64,000 nt of DNA from Phoronis australis (lineage: Eukaryota; Animalia; Phoronida), in NCBI GenBank assembly GCA_002633005.1, contig NMRA01000076.1, positions 808,748-872,747 of the forward strand. Direction: 5' to 3'. Shown here in pieces: positions 14,174 through 26,413 of this stretch. Each line of letters starts with the position of its first letter. The stretch's first letter is position 1. Below the pieces are notes generated by a model that saw only the letters and a program-made list of their open reading frames with translations, was not told the DNA's origin and ran no database searches. Made by a program: the position numbers and the translations under genes.

Positions 14174-15000
14174 CTGAAAAACAAAAAGGATTCAGAAACA
14201 TTAAACTTACACGCATGGTTAACAGTAAGACAGTCTCCAAATACAGGAACAAAAATATGCTGAATATAATCCATGAACTAGAATTCTGGCACCTCTACTC
14301 ATCTTAGAAATTACCAGAAAAATCTAGCTTTGGTGAAAATCTGATATGATGGCAAAAACTTCATGCAGTCAAAAGCTAGGACTGTGAGCATCACAAATGG
14401 TATTGATATAAGGGATGGTCATTTTTTCAAATTAATCCACCATTATAAGTTGGAGACCCATCTGAAAATCAGTTGTGCTCTCCTCCTTAAGAACGCATAT
14501 GTCAAATTTCGTCCAGCAATCGACACCAGCGGTACTTTCCTCAATAGGAACAAATAATAAAACAGACAACAAATAATAAAGCAGACTTCATGAAGATCAA
14601 TTATGGAACTTGGTAGATATCAAGACACACACAAAAAACAATCCCACCTCTCTGAAAATCAACATCAGCCATGTTCTCCCCAATACGAGCACATCTGCCA
14701 AATTTCGTAATGTCCCTTTGACTGGTTTTATGAGCTGCCAAGTCTAGGCCTATTGCATACAAAATGCACTGTCTGATATTTGAGAGAATGACCTACCCCA
14801 AATGAAACCATGTGCCAATTTTAAGAATCTAATAACATTCATTTCCGGCTTGATGTTTATAAACTTCCAAAAGTGGAGAACTTTTACTGTACTGTCACTT
14901 GATGTCAAAATGCATTGTCTAGCCATCAGCAGAGTGGAAGAGAATGTTCTTAAAGTGACATCAGCAAAAAAAGCCTATTTTTGAGAATAACCCCAATGCA

Positions 15001-15054
15001 GATATGAACCAGCAATCTCCACGGTGGCCTCCTAACACTCTGCTGACTGAGCTA
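15001..15054 (-). mobile_element. Degenerate tRNA-derived SINE head
   Basis: Minus strand TAGCTCAGTCAGCAGAG (A box/D arm) ... GGTTCATATC (B-box-like) at tRNA-like spacing. Confidence 0.5.
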
Positions 15055-15203
15055 AATCTCATTCCATAAATGGTACAATAATTTATATGCATGTCACAGG
15101 TAAAGTCACAAGCTTTGATTCCAGCGAATATCTGGCAGACGACGGCGAGAATTGACGATTTTAAAGAAAATCACAAAAACACCACCACCTTTATTTAGGT
15201 CTA

Positions 15204-15426
15204 CATGCGTGCACCCAGCCTAAAAAATGGGGGGAGAATGTGGACCTTTTACTAAAAAAACAAGAACTATGAACTGTGCATTCCTTGAATTTTGGTACTT
15301 CCTGCCTTTAGTAGACTTGTCTTGTTTTCTACTTTTTCAGAGTTTTTGTTTCTATGAGGGGCACCTTTTTGCCCACTTCGTCAAATGGGGGGAAGGTTCG
15401 AACGAGCCCCCCTGGGTGTGCGCATG
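15204..15426. mobile_element. MITE with 15 bp TIRs (possibly hAT-type)
   Basis: catgcgtgcacccag ... ctgggtgtgcgcatg. No TSD recognised. The right part is repeated at 16428-16590. Confidence 0.6.
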
Positions 15427-17656
15427 CTCTAGTATAATGTCCCTATAACTTCTCAAGAAGTTCAAAACGTTCGACTTCACATAGTTATGCAGTATGCGGA
15501 GTCTTTCCTTGAGCTTTGAGTAGGTAAACAATTTTCTTTGAAACAATGCATCATTTAACATGTAGGCAACTGGACCATGTAACAGTACTTTTCAGTTAAT
15601 TAACTGCAAATTGAAAACAAATCAATAACGGATAACCTTGCCTTAATCCAAACTCTATTAAAATGAGTTAGGGGGGCGCATGCACCTAAACTTGAATGTA
15701 TAATTATATGCAGTTTCACAAACAGGTACATGGGCAAATACAGTAATTTAACATGACACTATTCCTCATATTCCAATGCCTAAGTCACTGGATGGCGATA
15801 GAGTAGCTGGTCAGGTCAGCGATCTTTGTTTTGGTATGAAGATTTAATGCAAAAAGATCTCTCAGCTTCTTATAAATTCTTTTTGGCCAACGTGTCATTA
15901 GTCAGTCGTGGCGTGTCCTTCACACAATCTCCAAGAAATTCCTAATATCTCATAATGTTTGACAATGTAAGAAATTGTATTTCATACTCGTCAACTCCGC
16001 CAGTCACACAGTCCAGAATTAGAAATTATGAATCAAGTGAAGGACTATTTCGTGCTCTCACAACATCATAATCACTGTCGTTTTTGTGAACAATTCATAA
16101 AGTGCCGCTTTATGATTCAGTTAATGTCACTGTATGATACTTATGAAACCCAACGTCCTTAGTGCCATCAGTGGTCTTGCCATACGGCAAATCATACGCT
16201 TATAGGATTTGCACGCAAGTAGATGAGAAAGCGTGCACTGCTCACCCCACAGTATCCAGCGAATTCCTGGGCACATTAAAGATTGAAATGAGTTAGTTGC
16301 TATTCATGGGCTTGGCCCAATGAGTATTGGAAGAGATAACTGTACTGGTAACTAACACCCCTGCTTAGTGTACCAGTTCAAAAATCAAAAAAAAAATCAA
16401 ACCAAACGGTAAGCAAGGCAAACACCNACTATGAACTGTGCATTCCTTGAATTTTGGTACTTCCTGCCTTTAGTAGACTTTTGTCTCGTTTTCTACTTTT
16501 TCAGAGTTTTTGTTTCTATGAGGGGGACCTTTTTGCCCACTTCGTCAAATGGGGGGAAGGTTCGAACGAGCCCCCCTGGATGCGCGCATGCTCCAGTATG
16601 TCCCTTTAACAATCAGGTCATCAATAACTTCTCAAGACGTAAAAACGATGTCTCTTTAACAATCAGGTCATGTATAACTTCTCAAGATGTTCAAAAAGTT
16701 CGACTTCACATAGTTATGCAGTATGCGGAGTCTTTCCTTGAGCTTTGAGTAGGTAAACAATTTTCTTTGAAAAAATGCATCATTTAACATGTAGGCAAAT
16801 GGACCATGTAACAGTACTTTTCAGTTCATTAACTGCAAATTGAAAACAAATCAATAACGGGATAACCTTGCCTTAATCCAAACTCTATTAAAATGAGTTA
16901 GGGGGGCGCATGCACCTAAACTTGAATGTATAATTATATGCAGTTTCACAAACAGGTACATGGGCAAATACAGTAATTTAACATGACCCTATTCCCCATA
17001 TTCCAATGCCTAAGTCACTGGATGGCGATAGAGTAGCTGGTCAGGTCAGCGATCTTTGTTTTGGTATGAAGATTTAATGCAAAAAGATCTCTCAGCTTCT
17101 TATAAATTCTTTTTGGCCAACGTGTCATTAGTCAGTCGTGGCGTGTTCTTCACACAATCTCCAAGAAATTCCTAATATCTCAATGTTTGACAATGTAAGA
17201 AATTGTATTTCATACTCGTCAACTCCGCCAGTCACACAGTCCAGAATTAGAAATTATGAATCAAGTGAAGGACAATTTTGTGCTCTCACAACATCATAAT
17301 CACTGTCGTTTTTGTGAACAATTCATAAAGTGCCGCTTTATGATTCAGTTAATGTCACTGTATGATACTTATGAAAGCCAACATCCTTAGTGCCATCAGT
17401 GGTCTTGCCATACGGCAAATCTTACGCTTATAGGATTTGCACGCAAGTAGATGAGAAAGCGTGCACTGCTCACCCCACAGTATCCAGCGAATTCCTGGGC
17501 ACATTAAAGATTGAAATGAGCTAGTTGCTATTCATGGGCTTGGCCCAATGAGTATTGGAAGAGATAACTGCACTGGTAACAAACACCCCTGCTTAGTGTA
17601 CCAGTTCAAAAATCAAAAAAAAAAAATCAAACCAAACGGTAAGCAAGGCAAACACC
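15266..17656. repeat. ~1.2 kb tandem duplication (15266-16426 / 16428-17656) joined by a single N; probable haplotype-overlap artefact
   Basis: Near-identical copies with scattered SNPs and indels. The N at 16427 is exactly at the junction. Confidence 0.85.
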
Positions 17657-17885
17657 ACCTTAACTATTTTTAAACTTGAAAAGTAAATTTTAGTTGTCTT
17701 AAAATTTTTATAATTGGTGCATTGTAAGATAAATTAGCGACTAGGTTTTCTTCAGAAGCATGGTTTAAGCCAGTTTTGCACACTAATCTGCGAATCAGTT
17801 ACGACGGGTTAGTCACAGTCAGGCTTAAACTCGTTTAGGTGTTGGGGTAGTAAAACACCAAATGTAGGAGTTGCCTCATGCAACT
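17420..17885 (+). repeat. Interspersed repeat family A (other copies 16190-16426, 44015-44132, 51920-52555)
   Basis: ggatttgcacgcaagtagatgagaaagcg... aligns with ggacttgcacgcaagtggacgagaaagc at ~51940. Copies share the end motif ggggta-aaaacacc-aaatg-taggagttg. Confidence 0.75.
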
Positions 17886-18791
17886 GTTATTGGCAGCGGC
17901 AGTGTCGACAGTCAGGCTCCGGCCATGGCGATGGCATCTGAGCTGTAATGTAAAATTGTCAATCGCTTGTCAGCTTCTGTTGTCACTCAGCACTGGGTAC
18001 ACAATGCTGCTGAAGTTGACATAGTCAGTGTCACCATCGGCAGTGTTGTTGTCCCGAGTGATCCCTTTCAGTTAGAACATTCTGTGGTGGTAACCGTGCT
18101 TTTGTGGTTTCTGATCACACTAATAAGACAAAGATTCTAACAAAAGGAAAAAGGAATCTGGGCGTCTATTTGAAGCATTACGGTAATAAAGCACATGTAA
18201 TAACAAGCTGCCATGTGGCGCAAAAAATGGTAGGAAAAAAGTTAAATTCAAATTTTCTTAACTTGATTACTCAAATGTTAATTGGAAACTTCTTGTCAAA
18301 ATTGATTCTAAAACTGCAGCTGAAATGCCACGCTTTTACTTTGCATTGAATAATTCAGGGTAATCTCCTCTAAGGGTTGACTAACCAAAATCTACAGGCA
18401 TGAAATATTAACTAAGCTATACTCCTGTGAATCCGGCTATCTTGAAGAATCTCACAGCTTTGTTGGCGAAACGTAGCACTTTTTGAGTCAATTATCGGGT
18501 CCTACAGGGACTGGTCATAAAAAAAGACATGAAAATGTTATGAGTTGAAGCCGATATGTACAGCCTCCAGAGAAATGAGATAATTGAATGTTGGCGGCAA
18601 AAGACGCCCCACCAAATAGTCAACATGTAAGATTTCACAGACGAGTGCCGAACCTGGTGTCAAATTGCAAAACAATCAATATCTTGACTTTCAGAATAAA
18701 AAAGTGGATACGGCCATGCCAAAATGACTGCACGAAGGAATGTCCCTAAAAGTTCATTTTTTCCAAAAATTTTACGAGTCTGTGCTGCAGT

Positions 18792-18872
18792 AAAAAAATC
18801 TCCAGTTCAGGACAGTCTCTAAAATTTGAGCCACTAAAATTCAATTTTCTTGGTTCTGAAGATTGGGACACG
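18792..18872 (+). repeat. Interspersed repeat family B, copy 2
   Basis: aaaaatctccagttcaggacagtctctaaa...ttcttggttctgaagattgggacac matches 13660-13745. Confidence 0.6.
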
Positions 18873-18984
18873 AAAATTCATGGGAGATAACTATGGAATT
18901 TGCCAGTAGCCTGTGACAGAACATATAGCAACGTTATTTGTGAAAATGTTTCCACGTCCCTTGAGGTTTGAAGTAACCTCGTTC

Positions 18985-19040
18985 AGGCCAATGTAAGCGA
19001 ACGTCCGAAGGCCAATGTAAGCGAACGTCCGAAGGCCAAT
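18985..19040. repeat. 24 bp tandem repeat, ~2.3 copies
   Basis: aggccaatgtaagcgaacgtccga twice, plus aggccaat. Confidence 0.9.
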
Positions 19041-20559
19041 ATTTGAATGAACAGCTCATTTTGATGTCCAGCTTGTGGAGAAATTCATTTCGCCATCGGA
19101 TTTGCCGATAATTTAAGTGACGACCAGGAATACTCATAGATTACTGGTCCCAAACGTCGTGATTTTTCAAAAAAATTTCCAGGACCGTGCTGTTGAAAAC
19201 AGATCTGCATTCATTAGTGTAAAAAGAACTGTTATCGGATCGTTTCTCATCTTGCAATGGAATTAATGCACTCTTGTAAAATGGTAGCGCATGGTCATTG
19301 ACCTATTGGTTAAGTCCATCAGAGATTGTTGTTTAGGTTTAGTGTACAAGAGAGTCCCTGGTGGCTTAGCCTGAATCACTTCCATACTGCAGACTGTGAA
19401 TTCTAGCCCCAGCTCCCTCACCTTTGATCTATCCATGTGTTCTTATGATTGGTTCGAGTAAGGAAGTGTCATGGTGCTGCGGGGCACCAAGTGCCACCCA
19501 CTGGACATTATTTTTGGAATGGCGACAACCACACATTGTTTCTATTAACAAAACATTTGTTACAGAGTAATGCACATTACAACGTTGTGTGTCAGAGACG
19601 ACAAAATACAAATCAAAAATTTTATTTGTGCAAAATTAGTTATTTCCAGAACAAGCCTTTCTGTTGTAATTATGTGTTGTTTCTCTGAACAGATGTAGAA
19701 AAACACCAGTTACAAAGTCTTTCTGAACAGAGCTGGACACCTGACCAACGGCAGTGACGTTATTTAAACATGCTGTCCCACATGTGACAGAACATTAAGG
19801 GTGGTAAAAATAACACTTTAAACTTTCAAAATGCATTTTTAATCTGCATGAATTACGCTTTTAATACATTTTTGAAGATCATCTACTACAAGATGTACAC
19901 AACAATGTATCTACTTACAAAAAAACCGCAAATTCTTCAAAATGGAAAAGTTAGCATCTGAAACTTAAAGGATTATCTACCCTGAAATATGTGCGCAACA
20001 CTAATTCTGTAAGTGATGTCAAAATCCACAAGACCGCCTTTAAAGTTTATTTTAATCCGATTCATTATTAGGGAATCACCTACGTGAGTTTCAAAACAAT
20101 GTGTCAAACATTCCCATAAGCCTCCTTTAATGAATATTCTTGTACAGTCAGTTATTTCAGATAATTCAAGAAAATCTTTTCTGGTTTCAGCTCATCTCGT
20201 GGAATCAATTCTAAGAGAGACTCCCCGCAACAAAGACCCTAAACAGCACAATTAAGAATCTCTAAAGTGATTGGCTTCAAGAATTAATTATTCCTGGCTA
20301 ACAACATCGTGTACCAGGAAATCAGTTTAAATCCTGAACAAATCCAAAATTTAATAGTGCTCAAATCCAACCACCTGTCTCCTGTGGGAAATGTTTGCAG
20401 ATAATAATAATAAAATTTTTCCACTACAAAGGAATAAAGTTACAATTTTGCAGCTTCCCAAAATAGATTTTCTGAAGTCAAACCCATGATGGTGTATCAA
20501 TTACATAAATGGTTACTGTAAAATTTTATCAATATGGCCGACAAGTGAAATTTTATCTT

Positions 20560-20700
20560 TTCTTCATTTTTTTCGTAACAGGGATTGTATACCATAGCTA
20601 CCAATGGACAATATTTTGAGAAACTGGTCACTAACTATAATGTTACGAGTGCTTGAAAAACAAAAAAGGTGAATTTTGGCAATTATATTTGTCTTGAATG
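20560..20700 (+). repeat. Interspersed repeat family C (second copy ~32570-32735)
   Basis: taccatagctacca-gacaatattttga...aaaaagg-gaattttggc-attat is shared by both loci. Confidence 0.65.
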
Positions 20701-23700
20701 TTTTTACGCACATGAAATACCACAGCACCCTCTCCAATTTTACCGCGGTACTTGCCCACAATGCCGCTATGCAACCATAGGGCTCGCAGCCACAGTTGCA
20801 CACTTATGCTGCGCAAATCTCTATTTTGCATTAAAACTATCTCACCATTTGTCATTCTGATGCTCTGAAGATTTGCGGCAGCATTGTGAGTTGTAACACA
20901 GGCAAAATATTTGAAAACTGAGTGAGGCATGATAAATTCCCCTGGCTGAAAAGTGACGTTACCAGCCACATATTTTGAAAACTAGGTCACTCATACAGCA
21001 CACTCTTCGTCTCCCCCAAAGAAGAGCATTAAATCCAGGATGTGGGAATTTGATACACTTTGCACACCTTTGTTTATACCTCTCCCAGTGTCAGACTTAA
21101 ACAGGATCAATAAAGTCCAATAGCAAACTGTTGTTTACCTGTGCAGTTCATACAGGTGTTATAACAAAAATATGAACAGAACAATTGTTGACACTTGATC
21201 AACAGCCCGCCCCAACAGTTCAGAATTAATATTAATACTGTACAGACTGTCCCCTCGGGCAACAGTCCATGTCACTGAGCTGTTAAAATCTCAGTATTTC
21301 CATTGTCCCGCTTGTCGAACTGTGACGTAATGTTATCCAAATTTTTACAGAGCCTGTTTCGACACACGTTGACAAGTGAATGGCCCAGTCACGGTGTTTT
21401 GACGTACTGATACGAACATAATATTTCTTTTTCACACAGTTTTGTCTCAGCTCTATGAAACTGTACTGGCTAACATTTTTGTAGCCCGGGGCAGTCTGTT
21501 TTGTGCTTTTGCACCTAGCTGATCCCAGCTCCTTTCAAGCTTTGGTAAGAAGGTGTTGGTAGTCAGACCACCGTTATTTAGAATTGCTTATATTTAACAC
21601 CTGAGTGGCTTGTACATAGCACATACAGTTGTGCTTTGTTATCAGTGTTATAAGAAAAACTACAAAAACTAAAAGACTGGCATCAAAAGTTTAAAAGGGC
21701 AACTAATAACTTAATCCTGACGCAATTTGACAAACACAAAATCCAAATTTTCATCTTTATAATGAAGTCTGTCCTTGTTTTGTTTAGTTTACCTGAAGGC
21801 ATTTAAAACAGATCATCATTTTGATAAGGCAAACATTCCCAGACAAGAATCTGAAGAAGTTTCTACCATCGACACACCTACATACCCTAAGAGACAACTT
21901 ATGCTCAAGGCACTTTATCTCGATAACTGGCAAGCGGGCCTGAACTTATTCTAAAAAAAATTAAATAACAATTTCTAGTCACATTTAATACTTAAGTTCA
22001 CTTGGATTTCCTTAAAGTCGATCAAGGCAGGATATAAAAAGTTGCTTATGTTGGACAAAGACCTGCAGAAAGAACAGCATCATGCAATACATTTCCAATA
22101 AGGCAAGAGCTCACTTTCCTGGGCTTTCTGTCGCAACACTTACAAAGATCATTCTAAAAATTTCTAATCACAACAGCATTAAACATCAGGTGTTGAACGG
22201 ACTTGTTAGCTGGAGTCATTGGAATTGTCATCACTTAATTATTTCTCTAAAACACAGTACTGTAGTAAAGATGTTAACATTCTCAGGTGTTCCAACAGAG
22301 AGGTGGCACAAGATTGATGCTGTTACCGTGGCAACCGATGGTGGCTCTGTTTAAATAGATTAGGATACACGAGAGTTTACACCCTGTTGAAGTCATTTCG
22401 TAATTGACACAATTAACCCTAATTGTTTTATATCACTCATGATTGCAAGACTGCAACTGATGCACAGTAAATTACAAGGCAAAATAAAAATAATTAAAGT
22501 AATTGAAAAACAATGAACGATTAAATTAAATTTTCAGGCAGTCAACTAACATTTGGAAACATTGTTTTTAGATTGAATTTAATGAAACTGTATGCAAAAC
22601 TGCTACATGAGGTGTTGAATACAATTTAATAAAGCACACATTTTCATTGGTTTCAGAAACGATGTAACATTACGTCACTAATTAACAAACTATTTATAAA
22701 ATGATAGTAATGATACCATGAGCAGGATATGAATAGCTTGACATACAAATAAAATTAGAAGTAAATGAAATCAAAAATATTATCTATGCTTTACAAATAG
22801 TGCCATGTTGTTAAAAATACAGAATTAATGCCTAAAGGATGAGAAAACGACCACCCTTCCTAGTTCCCTATGCGAGTCATTAAAGATATTCAACACTTAA
22901 TATTGTGAATATTTGCATCTAAATGGGGAAGCCAATTGATCCATCAAAAGACAATTTATCAGCATTCAAATGTCGTTACAAAGCTAGCGTTGATCAACTG
23001 CCTAAATTTACAAATTGAGCACAAAATTCACAAATATGGCATTGGATATCCCAGTAAAAAGGTTAATAGGGATTTGATAGTCATATGCTAGCGCGCTGTT
23101 TGTCAATAAACACGAAACTGGATCAAGCATTTGTCATTGGAAATGATGGACTGTGTAATCCTATAAGCCTGTATTTTATTCTTTAATTACAGAATGACCT
23201 ATGTCAAGTGAGTAACTGAACACAGCCTGAGCTGAAACAATTTTTACACCGAGCCTAACCTAAAAAGCTCGGCTGACAATTAAGTAACTTTATACAAGAA
23301 GTAGTTAAAACATGTAGTTAACCAGGCTTCAATTTAGAAAAAAGATTTCAAATTATTCATCTATAAGCTTCCCTTGCAACTTCAATTATAAACTGCAAAA
23401 TAGCATAGATAAACATCCGCAAGAGTTAGCATTAACTTTTTGTCTTGTTAAATGATGTTTAGTTCTTTATTGTTTTCTTTCTTCATTTTGCATCAATGTG
23501 AAAGAACAGCTTCAAAATGCTTTGACTGCCATGCATCTAAAGTGCATTTACAGGATACTTTCGTTGACAACTCAGGCACAGAACCAGTCGACACAGCACA
23601 ACCGACATAAAACCTTAGAGGAGTCTTGCCATTATGGAAACATGTCTTACACGATTTACAGCGCCATCTAGTTTTAAACTGGGTCAGTGCTCAAAACAGC

Positions 23701-24814
23701 AACTACAGTTATTCAGGTGGGACGTAAGAAAATCATTATTGATAGGATTTCCGTTCATAAATCCGGAGCGTGTATTTGGCAGATGGTATTTTTAGACCAT
23801 TTAAGGTCGAACACAAAAAATTATACATCCTAGTGTACATTTCACACTGCCGAACATATTGGCCATGCACGCTTTTCAAATACACCACATTGGTGAATCA
23901 GACGCCTGTTTTTGGAAAATCCTGTTTTAGTAAAACACATTTTCATCAACTTTGAAATGAAGGTACATATAAAAAATCTGACAATTAACAGCGCAGGCAG
24001 ACCATGAGAGACGCCCATTTATGGTAAAACAATACTAATGGTTTGCAAGGTGACTGGCACTAAAGCACCCAGAGAACAAAAAATTTCTTTCCAAATAAGT
24101 CTAACTGGTTTTTCGGACTAAAAACAGATATTTAACAAAATTAAAATTTCTCGATTCTCAGCCCCACATTCTTTCCAGTAACCATTGACCTACACAAAAA
24201 TACATATAAACCAAAGGTCTAGGGTGCGTTTCATTGAACTGGGTAGTGTGGACTAGAAAAACTAGCAAGAACGTTAACGGTTTTTGAGAAGAAACTGTTT
24301 CCATTCCTGATTAATCCAGGCAGTGGAAAAGAATTAGACCATCACTGTTACTTGTTAATTATTTCAACACTTCTGTGAATACCAATTTAGATTAATTTCA
24401 AAGGCTTTAGCCATGGGTCTACCCATTGCTCACTTTTGCCAGTAAAACACCTCAAAGGATCCAACATATGGTAAAACCAGATAGGGATCTGATCCACAAA
24501 ATGCACAGTGCAGCAGTCTGCAATAATTGTTCAACATGACACATCTAGGAGATGTTAACCTATAGTGCAAGTAAGTGAGTAAACAAATCAGTTGATAGGA
24601 AACAAGGTCTTGACTACATGGTGTCAACTCAAGAGTCACCAGTTTCTGAGGTAGGTTCCATAAATTCTGTTTGATAATTTCATTCCATTTCAACAACATG
24701 TCTTGCCATAAAACACAAAACTGCCAAGGCAGATCCTCTCAATAGGAAACATTCTAAATACAACTCTTTAGCACTGCGAGACCACAAAAGCGTCGATGCG
24801 TCAATGTTTTGGGG

Positions 24815-24965
24815 AGCTTCGGTCAGTATGAACCGTTACTTCGGTCCTGGATCGAAGTTAACAGTGTTTGTTAACTTTGCAGTAAACAGGTGGATTTAAC
24901 AGTGAAGCGTCGACGCTGCAGTGCAGTATGAACAGTCAACTTCGGTCCCATCGAAGTTATCACCA
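24815..24965. mobile_element. Repeat family D, inverted homologue of 43520-43680 (MITE-like)
   Basis: cttcggtcctggatcgaagttaacag...ggtggatttaacagtgaagcgtcg matches the reverse complement of ~43570-43645. Rich in cgaagttaa/ttaacttcg sub-repeats. Confidence 0.65.
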
Positions 24966-25896
24966 GGGGCCACTTTTATCATCAAATAAAGGGCTGTTGT
25001 TGCTAATGGTTGTTTATATTTTGTTCGAATAATCACTAACTGAATTACAAATAAGTTTTATGTCAATTAGCACATGGAAATGTTCCCAAATTCTCACATT
25101 AAAAATCTTAGCATGTACGCAAAGCATCAACGCTACCTTGCAATTACTTTTATGACATCAGCGTCACCTATTGTTTACCTCTTTGTCGGTTAACTGCGGG
25201 AGCCGGTATGAACGGTTCAGTTAACTTCGCAGTTTACGTAGACGCTCCGCTCAGATCAGAGTTAAGTCAAAGGGCCTGTTGACTTGACCCTGACAGTTAA
25301 CAGGGATGAAACACAATATCTTTCATTCATGGACATTTTGAGACAATGAATATTTTGTGTGAATTATTTGAATACCGTACAAAATTGACAATTTGATGAT
25401 GATGGATGGAAATAATTTACAAAAAAATGCTGGGAAATATCCCACTTCACTTAAGCCATACAAGAATGTAGCATGTTGTCCACGAACTGACCTACTGCCA
25501 TCTAGCGACAAGACACATTTCATAATTTTGCCAATATATCGAAAAAGGGCTTACTTGCACTTGCGTATACACATAGCTAGACAGCTGACCCGGAAAGGCA
25601 TGACAGCCAATAAATTTGGCCTATTTCCTAAACATGACAAACCTGTTCATGGAAAAAATAGTGAATTCATCTCATCCAATATACATTCGGCAAAGTCCAT
25701 GTCATGTCACAAGCTCACTTCCCTGTGTAATGGCAGAAATGGGTCCAGAAATTTGCTGGAGACTCATGGAATGATGGATGCACGCAATAATTATCCTCAT
25801 TCACTTGTGTGCAAACAGTGTGAGTGTACAAGTTACCTAATGTTCTTTCGTTAAATTCTCTGAAGGTTAATGCAACTGGTTACCGTCATACTGCTT

Positions 25897-25942
25897 ACGT
25901 CACACCCCAAGCAAATTGTAATATTTGCTTGGGGTGTGACGT
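25897..25942. other. Perfect 20 bp hairpin
   Basis: acgtcacaccccaagcaaat-tgtaat-atttgcttggggtgtgacgt. Confidence 0.9.
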
Positions 25943-26018
25943 TTTGAACTAGGAAAATACTAGAAAAAACATTCAATTGCAGGCGGTCTTTATCTTTTCT
26001 TAAACGTGGGGGGGGGCT

Positions 26019-26413
26019 GTGGCCAGTTGCATGAAACAGTCTCAAATAGGGACTCAACTAAGGTCCCTATGTCTTTTTGTGTATTTTTGTCTCATGGATG
26101 AGCTCCTCCTTGATTAATGACATTTTCTAATAATATAACAAAAAACTGAGCCCCAAGTTCATTGAAAATAAATAGGAACCCAGTCCTTAAATTGGGAGTG
26201 TTGCATGAAAAGATCCCTACTTCTTTTCGACAATAATGGCAATTTAACGTAGAGTTCACTCTCGATTTGTATCAAAGTCAAAAGTTGACTTAGCAATGAA
26301 ACTAAAACAATATAAGAAAGGGCAATCGGTGTTTTCACAAGTCCACAAATACGCAGTAGATTTAGGGAACTTAGTTGAGTCCCTACTTGGGACTGCTTCA
26401 TACAACCCGGCAC
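26019..26413. mobile_element. MITE with ~50 bp imperfect TIRs, each containing an internal palindrome
   Basis: gttgcatgaaacagtctcaaatagggactcaactaaggtccct versus the reverse complement of agggaacttagttgagtccctacttgggactgcttcatacaac. A similar terminus (ttatgcaactgggccc) lies at ~10814-10829. Confidence 0.75.

Noticed and set aside
25393-25854. Longest ORF (153 aa); likewise 13445-13894 and 26159-26584
   Set aside because: No recognisable domains and composition typical of random AT-rich DNA. The latter two overlap repeats.
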